Positions 27,011-39,129 of a stretch of DNA of 64,000 bases are shown one piece after another. The notes beneath the pieces were generated by a model. The model was given only the letters and a program-made list of their open reading frames with translations, had not been told where the DNA came from and did no database searches. The stretch is from Octopus vulgaris (Eukaryota). Position 1 is the first letter of the stretch, and each line of letters begins with the position of its first letter. Position numbers and translations under genes: made by a program. The stretch lies in assembly GCA_951406725.2 (NCBI GenBank), contig OX597815.1, positions 156,612,001 through 156,676,000 of the forward strand. The letters are read 5' to 3'.

Positions 27011-27092
27011 CTGTATACGCGTTTCGGTGTTAGAGAGATGTAAAAAATGTAAAATTCATATTCCAACTTACTCATTCCCTTCATGAGTACAG
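27011..27092 (-). ncRNA. Degenerate type I hammerhead motif
   Basis: Minus strand: CTGTA-CTCATGA-AGG...CC-GAAAC-GC-GTA-TACAG; G5 is mutated and stem II is weak. Confidence 0.5.
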
Positions 27093-27546
27093 TATTTAAA
27101 ATTTTAAATTTGAGAGTACTGATAATTAACATACGTATTTATTATATATATGTGAGTGTGTATGTGTGTGGGTGTGTGCGTGGGTGTGTGCGTGTGTGTG
27201 CATATTATTAACCGAATCACCTAAGACTTAGTAAATTATGCAAGAGCGATATATAAAAATACAAAGAGAATTAGTGAAGCAGGAAGATCCTGCAGAAGTT
27301 ATATTTTTTGAGGTTCATTATTCCCAATAATCAATTTTGTAGAGCGATGCGTGAAAAATCTAGCAACCAAGTGAAAGAAAAGATAGTTGGTAATTTTACA
27401 GGGATATAATTTTTTATAGATTCCTGATTAGCTTCAATAATCTAGAATCATCGATCTTATTTTGTTTATCTGTTTAACTTATTTTAACGCATTTATATAC
27501 TTCTTAATTAGAATTTGTTGGATGTTAATTCATCTTTATAAAATTA

Positions 27547-28051
27547 CTAGCTATTTTGACCCGTGCTTCGCTCGGGTTTTGGTGGTGTTGTTGTTTTGTG
27601 CGTGTTGTCTCCTTTTCCCTTTCTTCTCTTTTTCGTCTTCTTTGCCTGGTTCTTTTAATGCCCTCCTCTTTTTCTTCTTCTTCGTCTTTATCTTCTTTTT
27701 CTTTTTTCTCTTCTTCCACTCTTTCTTTTCTCCTTATCATCTCCATAGCTGATGTCCCCAAATTTTTACACCCACAATTAAAGTTAAGCACTTCTAGCCC
27801 CTGCAGCAACACGAAAAGCCACCATTATTCAAACAGCGCAACCTGTCTATCGCATAAAACTCAATTTTCCCCCATATTCCTCACCATGGCAACCAAACGG
27901 TAGCCCCGAGCGACTTGCAACCCTCCTCACGCCATTTACCCCCCCAGTGTAAATTTTGGCGCCAATTCGACCCCATTTACCGCCCCCTAAAACGTTCCCA
28001 TCCAAAAATGAGACAAACAACTTTTTCGCACTTCAGCTTTATAGATATTGA
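27547..28051 (-). mobile_element. Non-autonomous Helitron
   Basis: Minus strand starts TC(AATATCTATAAAGCTGAAG), ends with hairpin ACCCGAGCGAAGCACGGGT then CTAG, and sits between A and T. Confidence 0.75.
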
Positions 28052-28142
28052 TTTGGCCATCTTTTCTTTTTTTTTTTAGTTACTTTAAGTTGTTCTATTA
28101 CAGTTGTTATATACATTATTACGGTTGTTGTTGTTTTTGTGG

Positions 28143-28189
<47 letters not shown>

Positions 28190-28195
28190 AGAAAG

Positions 28196-28625
28196 ACGGT
28201 GAGCTGGTAGAATTGTTAGCACACAGGACAAAATGCTTAGTTCCGTTTCTTCCGGCTTTACGTTCTGAATTCAAATTCCACAGATGCCATCCATCCTTAA
28301 GAGGTCGATAAAATAAGTACCAGCCGAGCACCGAGGTCAATGTAATTCGACTTGCTCCTCCCCACCTATTTTATGCCTTGCGTCAATAGTAGAAAGAATT
28401 GTTATTAACATGGTGGACAAGTAGAATCGCTAAAGCGTCGAACAAAATACTTTGCAGAATTTCTTCCGTTTTTTTCTTTTTTGCGTTCCGATATCAAATG
28501 CTATCGAGACCAACTGTCTTTCGTCGTTTCGGAGTCGATAAAAAAAAAGTACCAGTCATATCCTTGAGTCCATGTAATCGACAAACTCCATCCCACTAAA
28601 AACTACTGGCCTTGTACTAAATTGT
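28196..28625 (+). mobile_element. Two tandem diverged SINE family B-related copies
   Basis: Each has a GxxTGGxAGAATxGxTA head and a GTCGATAAAAxAAGTACCAG core. Confidence 0.75.
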
Positions 28626-29217
28626 GAAACATTTAAAGCACACAAGCTGTTATCTGCAACGTCTCCCATCTTTCATCCTGCTTCCTTTTGGCTTGGTAAT
28701 TGTTCCTTACGTAGAACAAACTTTATTGACCTACATAAATACTTTCAATTTCTGTTTTTCTTCATCCTCTCCCTTTTCTTTCTCTCTCTTTCTTTCTGTC
28801 TCTCTCTCTCTCATTGTCGTGGATTCTGTCACATTTAAATGTATCGCCATTAAAAAAATATTTTTACATGTTTTCTTTTTATTTCTTTACATAGGTTTAT
28901 CCATACATCTATCTATCCTTTTAAATGTATGCAGATAAACTTTGATCTTGATCCACTTCTCGGAGGGGGCTTCTCCTCCTCAGACTCCTAACTTCCTTTT
29001 CTAAATAAGTTTATGCTTATCACATTGGTTATGTTTTTCTATATGTACATATATCTATGTATGTATGTATGTATGTATGTATGTATGTATGTATGTATGT
29101 ATGTATGTATGTATGTATGTATGTATGTATGTTTGTTTGTATGTATGTATGTATGCATGTATGTATGTATGTATGTATGTATGTATGTATGTATGTATGT
29201 ATGTATGTATGTATGTA

Positions 29218-29431
29218 TAATCCAAACATGAAAACACAAAGAGAAAACACAACAACGCGAGGACGTGGAACAAGTATAGTATTACTGGACGCTCAGGAAA
29301 GAAAGAAAGAAGGAAAGAAGGAAGGGTTAACGTTTCGAGCGGAGCTCTTCGTCAGAAACATAGGAAAGGAAAGATCCAAAGAAGGGAAGACGGAGGAAAA
29401 AAATCGCCAACTGTACACACGCGATCACATT
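29218..29431 (-). mobile_element. Short hammerhead-bearing repeat, copy 1 (motif 29326-29359)
   Basis: Minus strand GTTT-CTGACGA-A-GAGC tcc GCTC-GAAAC-GTT-AAC; homologous to 29677-29878. Confidence 0.7.
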
Positions 29432-29589
29432 TTGTATGTATATATATATATACATATAAATAAGGATGAGATCCATATTTAAATACCGATTTTATCAGGT
29501 GCTGTGTGAGCATTTAATGTGGTTTTTAGACTCAAGTTTTGTCGGCTATTTCCAGCGAGGGAGTATCTCTTAGATACCCTAAATTATAA

Positions 29590-29651
<62 letters not shown>

Positions 29652-29676
29652 GGCTAGAAAGAGAGAGAGAGAGAGT

Positions 29677-29873
29677 TAATCCAAAGAGGAAAGCACAAAA
29701 AAACACAACAACGCAAGGACGTGGAACAAATATAGTATTATTGGACGCTCAGGAAAGAAGGAAAGAAAGGGGGTTTAACGTTTCGAGCGGAGCTCTTCGT
29801 CGGAAACATAGGAGAAGGAAAGATCCAGAGAAGGGGAGACAGAGGAAAAAATCGCCAACGGTACACACGCGGT

Positions 29874-29878
<5 letters not shown>
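29677..29878 (-). mobile_element. Short hammerhead-bearing repeat, copy 2 (motif 29773-29807)
   Basis: Minus strand GTTT-CCGACGA-A-GAGC tcc GCTC-GAAAC-GTT-AAAC. Confidence 0.7.
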
Positions 29879-29904
<26 letters not shown>

Positions 29905-29932
29905 CCTTCTTTATATATATACATATATTTAC

Positions 29933-30005
<73 letters not shown>

Positions 30006-30621
30006 TCAATAAATGGTGGGGTTGTGTTGACCGCACGTGGAGAAATGATAAGTAAGGAAACATTTTTTATAAAAATTGCAGAATGCTCAAATGAAAGAAA
30101 ATTTTAATAAAATGAGAAAATGATAAAATATATAAATATATATTTATTCAACCGGTTTTCGTCGAGGTGTTAAGATCCAAAGGGATTAAGAGCATGTGTT
30201 GTGTTGTGTTGTTAAATTCAGCATGTTTGCAGGACAGGAAGTAGTAGTAATTGTGGTCCTGGTTCTTCAGTTCCTGTGTTGTGAGTAAGGGGAGACAACT
30301 CTTTTGAGTTCTTCAATAAAACCCAAATTATAAAACTATCATTTTAGCTTCATTTGCATTATCTTTTTTATATAATTGCTTGTTAACTTAACTTTCAGAT
30401 TTTAACACTTTATTTATATTATTTTCTAATAATATAAATCTGCATAGACAATTGCATTTCAAATTGTCATATCATTTATAATAAAAATGATAGTAATAAC
30501 AACAATAGTAAAAATGATATTTAAAGAATATAAGTTTTAGCTTGAAGTGATGAATGCATGGTATCTTTATATATTTGTGTTAGTCCATCCATGAAAAGTG
30601 AGGTAGAGAAAGGAAGTTTGA

Positions 30622-30985
30622 TCAACTTGGAGTTTGCATATTAAGTTGTGTTTGGAATTTTTCAATAAAGAGATTCTCCTTGTTAATTCTCTCCTGTGTG
30701 GTGATCCCGTCTTTACATTGGTAGAAGGGGAATATATAGAATTTGGGGTTTAAGTCTTTAGCACATGAGTCTAAGTGGTCACTCAGTGGAATTTGTCGGT
30801 ATTCCGGGAGATTTATTTGTTCTTTATGCACCGTTACTCGTTTACGTAACGGGAGACTCGTTTGTCCAACATAATTATGTTGGCAACCAGCGCATGTGAG
30901 AACGTAGATAAGGTTCTCGGAGGAACAGGAGAAGTTAGTCTTGATTTTAAACTTCGTACCTTGTTTGAAGGTAAATTCAATTTTT
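30622..30985 (-). pseudogene. Penelope-like GIY-YIG endonuclease 3' fragment
   Basis: [58 protein letters not shown]; 5'-truncated at a (TA)n tract. Confidence 0.88.
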
Positions 30986-30990
30986 CCTTA

Positions 30991-31097
<107 letters not shown>

Positions 31098-32531
31098 TTT
31101 ACTTTACTTCCTCTCGTTGTTCACACGTGACCTCCGTCCATCTTTCTTTTCCTCACTTGATCTTCACTCTGTCGCACAGACCAGACGCATTCTTATATGT
31201 CTCCTCTCGTATCTTTTCTCTTCTCAAAGAATAATCCTCCAGCGTCCGCTACCTTACCCAGTCTGGCCTAACGGCCCTCCATGTTTGTTTTCGTTTGGTT
31301 TGTTCAATGTTTCCACTCTCCTGTTTTTTGTTACCAAATTTGACGCTTCACAAATCCCAAATCTTATTTTTGTTCACGTGAGTAACTGTTTTTCGAAGCC
31401 TCATATTGTCGTGAATTGTTCGAAATATAGAGTTCATGAACAGCCGACAACTGATGAAGGGTCGTTCTTTATGTTACTTGTTTTGTTTTCCACTTGTTTC
31501 TCTTGTTGTCCGCATACCCAAGTTGCCTTTGTATTCCATGTTGGTTACCTTTTGTGACGTCCTGTACCCATATATGCAAGTATGTACATATATGTATGTA
31601 TATATGTATGTATGTATGCATATACATACATACATACATACACTCTCATTTCTAGCAATGCCGGTACCAGTTAGTATTCTCAGTCACTTGAATGACGTCT
31701 ATAAATTTGTCTTTAGGTTGTTGAATTGCTAATAAGCCACCCATATTATTTATAGTTTTCACTTTTATCGTCTTTAACATCAGCGTACGAGTTTAGCGGT
31801 GGCTTTCTTATAAACCGACAAGGTGAGCTGATCCACCGATGATAATTAAGATGCTCTACATGAAAATGCTATGTCCGCAAAGGGAGCTTATGTCCTTTGT
31901 CCGTCATTAAGATAGTGCTCTTGTGGCTAGTGAGTCGGTTTGACTTATTTCTAGCAATAAGAAACCTCATGATTACAGACAGGTCAAGAGGCCTAAGGGG
32001 ATTAATAGCTGAGGTAGAGAAATCAATAGTTATACTTTAAGCATGTATTACATAATCAATATCGACTGTTTATCAACAGATCGCTCTGTTTATAGACACA
32101 AATTTTAGATTGCATAATATAAGTAATATGAATAATGCAGATTCTACACTTGTTACTATATCCCCTATATAGTCTAGCGTCCTAAGCCATGGACCATCCA
32201 TCTCTGTCATGGATTAGCCTTGACAGAGATGTACAATTAGTCCTAACCTTAGAACGAAAGCTAGAAAGGTGGTACTGAAATCTCACCTTGAAAGCGGTAC
32301 TGCGCACACCAACACAAGCAAATCAAGATTGATCTGTAGAAAACGTGCACTTATACTCAATATACTTAGCAAAACATTTATTTTCAAAAGAGCAGGAGGC
32401 ACGGTGTTTGCTGTTACATTGTTTCGTCGCAGGCGTTATAGGAATATTAAAAGAAATACCTGCTCCTAAGGCTATATGTGTATTAAAGAGGCTGCATGTT
32501 CTAGTCTCATGAGGTACTGCGACCGTAGTAG

Positions 32532-32734
32532 TGAGTGTGCTATAAGTATAATTTAAGTGATAGTTGCTATCACCTCCAATAACGTCCACTCCATTATACA
32601 TATCCGGAATGTAAGGAGTAGAACAGGTAAAGCATGAGCTACAATTGTTTTATATCAAACTGAAGTTTGTAGATAACGGAGTGGACGACATGGGAGATGA
32701 CAGCAACTATCACTTAAATTATACGGATAGCACA

Positions 32735-32738
<4 letters not shown>
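32532..32738. repeat. Imperfect inverted repeat, 66-bp arms (32532-32597, 32673-32738)
   Basis: Arms pair by eye with several mismatches; the same peptide appears on both strands of the ORF track. Confidence 0.85.
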
Positions 32739-32806
<68 letters not shown>

Positions 32807-32809
32807 AGT

Positions 32810-33095
32810 GCATGTGCCCTAGTGATTAGGGAGAGGCACACGCGACCGCAGTTTCAATTCCTGGCTCGAGTGGTGCGTGGTGATCTTGAGCAAAGACACT
32901 TCATCTCATGTTGCTCTTCGACATCTGATATGTGATGCAACGTGCACATGTTCAGGCAACGTCGATTTGATAGCGGGGGTGAGCGAATGGCGAGCACATA
33001 CATCTCAATAAGAGATCTCAATAAGCAGATCGTTCGTGCAGGTCCTTCAGGATAAAACAAAATACTCATGCGACGTTTTCGACGGGAGATTCCAT
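32810..33095 (+). mobile_element. Diverged tRNA/CORE-type SINE
   Basis: Degenerate A and B boxes followed by TCTTGAGCAAAGACACTTCATCTCATGTTGCTC. Confidence 0.6.
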
Positions 33096-33161
33096 CATAT
33101 ACATGCACACAGATGTGCACGTGGATATATATATATATATATATATATGTATACTGTTTCA

Positions 33162-33700
33162 TCTTTTACTTCTTTGAGCCATTAGAACACGGCCCTGCTG
33201 GGGCACCGCCTGGAAGAATTTTTAGTCGAAAGGATCGACCCTTGTACCTATATCTTTGAAGCTTGGTACTTATTATATCGGGGTCTTTTACTGAGCTGCT
33301 AAGTTACTAAGACTTAAGTACACCAGCACCTGTTGCCAGCGGTGTTGGAGGAACAAACACAGACACACAGACACACATACACACATACACACACACACAC
33401 ATACACACATACATACTTACTTACATACATTCATACATACATACATACGTACATACATACATACATACACACATGCATACATACATACATACATACATAC
33501 ATACATAGATACATATACACATGCATACATACATACATACATACATACATACATACATACATACATACATACATGCATACATACATACAAACGTCTACCA
33601 AATCCATGCACAAGGTTCTGGTCGGCCCGAGGCTATAGAAGACACTTGTCCAAGGAGTCGTGCAATAGAACTAAACCAACAACCCTGTGGTATTGAAGTA
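33162..33700 (-). mobile_element. Old SINE family A copy with internal (TACA)n
   Basis: Diverged tail and head halves flank the microsatellite. Confidence 0.75.
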
Positions 33701-34006
33701 AACTTCTTTGTGGGGGGGGGGCGTGCATGCGCGCGTGCAAACATAAGACCGTAAGCGAATACAAACGATCATTACACAAAAATATTATGTAAACAAATTA
33801 AACAATTGAGTTGCAACTGGTGGAAAGAGGAAAAGCTATACTACAGCTGGACTGATAGCTTATCTACGGACCACGAAGTGTTGAACAGCGAGGTTGCTCT
33901 CGGCTGGATTTTAATTCGGAATGCAGAGAGCTGGAACAGATTTTGTAAGCATTCTAGCCGATCTTTTAACAACTTTGTGTATCGACTATATATATATGTA
34001 TATGGA

Positions 34007-34390
34007 TGGAAGCACTCCGTCGGTTACGACGACGACGGTTCCGGCTGATCCGAATCAACGGAACAGCCTGCTCGTGAAATTAACGTGTAAGTGGCTGAGC
34101 ACTCCACAGACACGTGTACCCTTAACGTAGTTCTCGGGGATATTCAGCGTGACACAGAGAGTGACAAGGCCGGCCCTTTGAAATACAGGCACAACAGAAA
34201 CATGAAGGAAGAGTGAGAGAAAGTTGTGGTGAAAGATTACAGCAGGGATCACCACCATCCCCTGCCGGAGCCTCGTGGAGCTTTAGGTGTTTTCGCTCAA
34301 TAAACACTCACAACGCCCGGTCTGGGAATCGAAACCGCGATCCTATGACCGCGAGTCCGTTGCCCTAACCACTGGGCCATTGCGCCTCCA
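34007..34390 (-). mobile_element. SINE family C, full length with tRNA-like head
   Basis: Minus strand TGGAGGCGCAATGGCCCAGTGGTTAGG...GGTTTCGATTCCC (A and B boxes); body matches 3887-4193. Confidence 0.92.
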
Positions 34391-34401
34391 CTTATATATA
34401 T

Positions 34402-34444
<43 letters not shown>

Positions 34445-35037
34445 AAGAGACTTGCTAGTCAGATAAGCTAGATAAGCTGATGGATATATAGAAGATTAGA
34501 GAGATAGGCAGAGATAGATAGAAAATGCTTCTCTATGTAGAGATGCCTTCTTCTAAAATTAAACTCGCAACCAATACTTATGAGTCATTTATAAAAGTTA
34601 ATTTCATTGACTTTAGGAAGTTAACCGATAATTACTAAAATATAGGTCAGCGTTTTCATATCAGCTAAAACGAAATAAGAAAAAGTCTGTGAACTCTTTG
34701 TTGATATAAATGGAATTGTGTATAATTATTTTAATTTAAATTCTGAATTTAAGATATGTGTTCCGTTATTAAAGCTGTGTTTATGTTTAGACGACAAATT
34801 TTATATAGAAAATCAATGAATTATACTCATCGTGCAATCGATTTTTACCACTCTTTGCAGCCGATGGGCAATAATGTGATGCAAATTGCAAACAGTAGTA
34901 CTAGCTGCTTCATAACATTTGATTTTAGATTTCGTCATATGTTCAAATTACACCGAGGCCGTCTGTATTTATCCTGAATGATGTGCTCCGGGATATATCA
35001 AATATATTTGTGTTTATTTAATTAGTTTCGTTGAGGT

Positions 35038-35255
35038 CGGCGAGCTGGTAGAATCATTAGCACATAGGGAAAAAATGTTTTGCAGCACTTCTGATTCCTT
35101 TACTTTCTGAATTCAAATCTGCCGAGTTCGACTTTGTCTTTCATCCTTCCGTGGTCGATAAAATGAATACCAGTCTAGTACTGAAATTAATGAAATCGAT
35201 GTAATCAACCTACCCTTCCCATCAAAACTGCTGACTTGTACCAAAATTAGAAACA
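35038..35255 (+). mobile_element. SINE family B-related copy
   Basis: GGCGAGCTGGTAGAATC head and TTTCATCCTTCCGTGGTCGATAAAATGAATACCAG core. Confidence 0.8.
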
Positions 35256-35857
35256 AAGATATTTGCTCAACTCTAAATATTGTATTTGGCTTATAAATTT
35301 CATCATGATGCCTGTCGTCTCAACTGTAACAAATATCCTCTCCACAGCTCTCTTTACACATTCACGTATAAACACACCTCTATATGCATATTTCTACACA
35401 TATTCATCATTTATACACAATTAACAATTCTTTGTTGGATGTCTAGAAAAATTATGATTTTTCTAGAAAACTCTTCTCACGTTCTTTCAAATACTTTGTT
35501 ATTAATTTGCTGGTGTTTCCGACATTCTTTCCAATGCAACCAAACAACATTATGCTTATAAATTCTTTTATCCGCCTTTAGCTGGTAATAAATGTATTTT
35601 GTTGTGTCAATTTCAGATTAGTATGTGCTAAAATTGTCTTGGCGAGTCTTGTATTTCCGTTTTTATCAATTCGGCCATCACCCAGTCTATTATATTGACA
35701 CTATTTATATTCATAACGCCGGTGTAAATTTATTAATATCCACAATATTGTTTCTGATAATAAACTAGATTCTAATAACCTAATCTAAAGCGCATATGAA
35801 TCTATTTATAGATTTTTCGCCCCTCCACGATTCCTATCTCATACCGTGTTTAATACA

Positions 35858-35900
<43 letters not shown>

Positions 35901-37883
35901 GCTCTCCCCCTTTCTCTCTCTCTCTCTTTCTCTCTCTCTCTAACACACACGCGCGAGCATATAGCTTTGATTTATTGTAACTAAATATGTTATTATTTAA
36001 AGACCATCATTGAAGAAGACTGTGATATATTCATAATACTACGCCATGCTTCACTTTCCCTTTCTGATATTACCTTGTTTATCAATAGACTTTTAGAGAT
36101 ATAGATAAACCTTAGAGCGATAATCGTTTCTCCGACATCTCTTTTGTTCATAAAGCAATATAACACTATCTACTAAGTGTGTATTTGTCTTTCCGAGAGC
36201 ATATTGATTTGATATTTGTATTGAAAGTGAACAGACAAGCGCAATGCCAATAATTCTGATGGGTTTTTGTGCTTCATATTCAAACATTACAGCTGTTTTC
36301 TCCACCGTAAGTTATTCTAAATCTTAATAGTGTTAAACTGTCTTGCCGATAATGACAAGTGCCTCTAGCAGGTATTCTTTATTTCATCAAGATTTCATGT
36401 ACTTATATTTACCTAACTTTGTATTGAAGCATTTCTCACTCTATTGATGCATTGGCGCGATATTTAAATAATTCTTCTTCTTACCATTATCCTTACTACA
36501 AAAGTTTCGTAAACCCAATGGAATTTTTTTAGTGGAAGATAGATTGTTTGTAATTTCATTATGATAAACAAACATTATGATAAACAAACATTATGATAAA
36601 CAAATAAAAATAGTAAAACTACATGGATAAGCGAAAATATATAAAAATTGGAATGATTTTTAACACAGTAACAAAAATCTCACAGAAAATGAGAGTGAAA
36701 CAGTTGATTATTTCGATCTTAGTACTTAACACTGATTATTTTATCGACCATGGCAAAATTAAAAGTAAAGTTAATGTCAGTGACATTTAAACTCAGAACA
36801 GAAATAATAGTAATCTGAATATCAAAACATGAGGATGCCTCGACTCAGTCGCTCGACTTGTTAAAAATAACATTCACATCTCAAAACTCTCACCGCACCT
36901 TTTTAGAAAAGAGAATTGACAAATGTTGTCCTAGGATTTCTGTGCGTAGGAAAAGGACGAAATATGTCACAACTATCTTGCTTTTGATTGTAGGTCTGTT
37001 CGAATAGGGGTAGTCTGGGGTTAAACAAAAATAACCACAGGATAAATCTACCTGATGTCATCTATTCTTGCTAATCACCTTCCTTATATAAGTATTGTAA
37101 TATACGTGGTTGTTTAGCGACGAGCCTAGAACATTACAATGGCATCGCTCTATGACAATGCCTTTCCAAATTAGTCAAACCGATGCATTCTCGGTGTTAG
37201 CTGCATTAACAAGTTTACAAAAATATAGAGCACAGTAAATAATACAACAGGTCAAGTCTCTCGCTCTGTACCCCATATGATAACAACACTGAACGTCAAA
37301 ATGTGTCATGGTATTCAACTAGACGGAGATGTACATTGGAAGAATAGTTATGTGGGTCGGATTTAGTCGTTCAGCCGACAACCTGCTTACTAGATGACTG
37401 CTTAATCAAAGATAATCTGACAATGAACAACATAATAAAATTATACATTTATGAAAATGCCTTTGTTTTAAATTGAATAGTAATAGACACAATACTCTAA
37501 TAAGGATACAGGCATTGCCTACGAGCTTTGTTTGCTATTTCCATATTGTGCATTTCCTGCAACATCAATATAACAATGTATTTTCCCAAATGTATTCGTC
37601 AGAATTCAAATCAGTAACAGACACCGGGGATTTTGTTGTTTTTTACATGTCTCATTTCTAAAATAATTTGCAAATTCTTAATTATATATCATCCTATGAA
37701 CAATAGAGTCATACCATGGATCAGACATCGTGATTCATTGCATTTACGATAAAGTGATAAGAAAGTGTCTTTGCAATTCGGACGAAATTGATAGCACAAA
37801 GTGTTTTTAATAGAAAACATTTGCTAATCGAAAACGTCTGCTAATAGAAAACATTTGCTAATATGCACATACACACTCACACA

Positions 37884-37942
<59 letters not shown>

Positions 37943-38099
37943 ACATAGACACACTCACTCACATCCACGCACACACACGCATATTCTCCAAAAGACATGG
38001 AGTCACTCAGAGACAATATGTAAGTATGTTATCTTGGGTCAGCTTGGAAGCATGATAACTTCGTCAACGACCTCAGATCTCTAGACATAAATATGTTGG

Positions 38100-39120
38100 A
38101 CAGTGCTGGAATGCACCAACTCACACTTATTTTGACGACCACAGGGTGTAGTCAAAAAATGTGATGCGGTAGTGTAGCACCGCTTTTCCAGAACGAATTC
38201 GGTCTAGAAGTACAGACAATCTCCGAGGATCAGACTGTAAGTCGGTTGTACAAGATATAGACGATAGTAAAAGCAGTGCTTTTAGAAACAGAGCAGTTAG
38301 ATTTCTCTAGACATCTAAAAACGTACTTATCTATAGCTGCTTTTTAATACAAGTGTAGAAGTGGAATTGTTTTTTAGACGAGCGATGGAATAGTATGGTG
38401 ATAACCCATAGGAAACGGGAATTAAAAAGCCTCGAAAACCTACTCAGACGATTCAGACTTTGAATTTCCATCATATTTCAGTGTGGACGTAAAGCAACCG
38501 CAGTGACCCATTCTGATTGTAACAAGGTACAAAATAGAGTGTTTGTTATAGTAACGGGTACAGATAGAGTTGGGTGTCCATAATCTAATCTAGTCGGGTA
38601 CCCAATCCATAAATTTATATACAGAGACTTAGATATGACTTGCAAAAAGGGTCTTAGTAATTGACATTTGAACTCATCTTTCCTGGCATGCAAAGATTAC
38701 AGGGACCGGATTAACATACTAGTCAAGGAACAGTTATCAGGCATAGTGGTCAACACCGATAGTGGAGCGTCTTGAAAAGGGTGATTAGATATGAGTCAAC
38801 GCATTTCGTAAAGTGCTGATGAGTGTCTATTCAGCAACACTTTATTTAACTTTTCGAAGCAAGCAATTGTTATAAGCTTCAGTGCCGACCACTATAGCCT
38901 GCTGTGGCTGAATGCCGAAGATGCGAGATACTGTGACTGGCCAATATCGGTAACTGAGACCAGGGAGTTAGTGAGCAGTTGCGCAAAGGACAAATCACCT
39001 GCTTTAAATGAGCTGCTCAATGAGTTTTGTGGTTATATGCCGGATTTGCCTGGCAAGTTAATGGCCATTGTCTACTGCAACTGGCAGCAGAACGAGGAAA
39101 TTCCAGTTTTGTGAACCGGG
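38100..39120 (+). pseudogene. Degenerate L1/Tx1-like ORF2 fragment
   Basis: KDKSPALNELLNEFCGYMPDLPGKLMAIVYCNWQQNEEIP resembles the KSPGxDGLPxEFY pre-RT region; left boundary uncertain. Confidence 0.5.
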
Positions 39121-39129
39121 AGAAGATTA

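Noticed and set aside
30143-30325. Minus-strand GAAAACCGGTT half-hammerhead downstream of the GIY-YIG relic
   Set aside because: No matching CUGANGA core and stems could be placed convincingly.
31445-31475. CTGATGAAGGG motif
   Set aside because: No closing stem II or GAAA follows; at best a fragment.
34316-34390. tRNA-like sequence, also at 60374 and 61731
   Set aside because: These are SINE heads continuous with SINE bodies and lack a clean cloverleaf.
36556-36605. Three tandem 16-bp repeats (CATTATGATAAACAAA)
   Set aside because: A simple slippage minisatellite with no spacers; not CRISPR-like.
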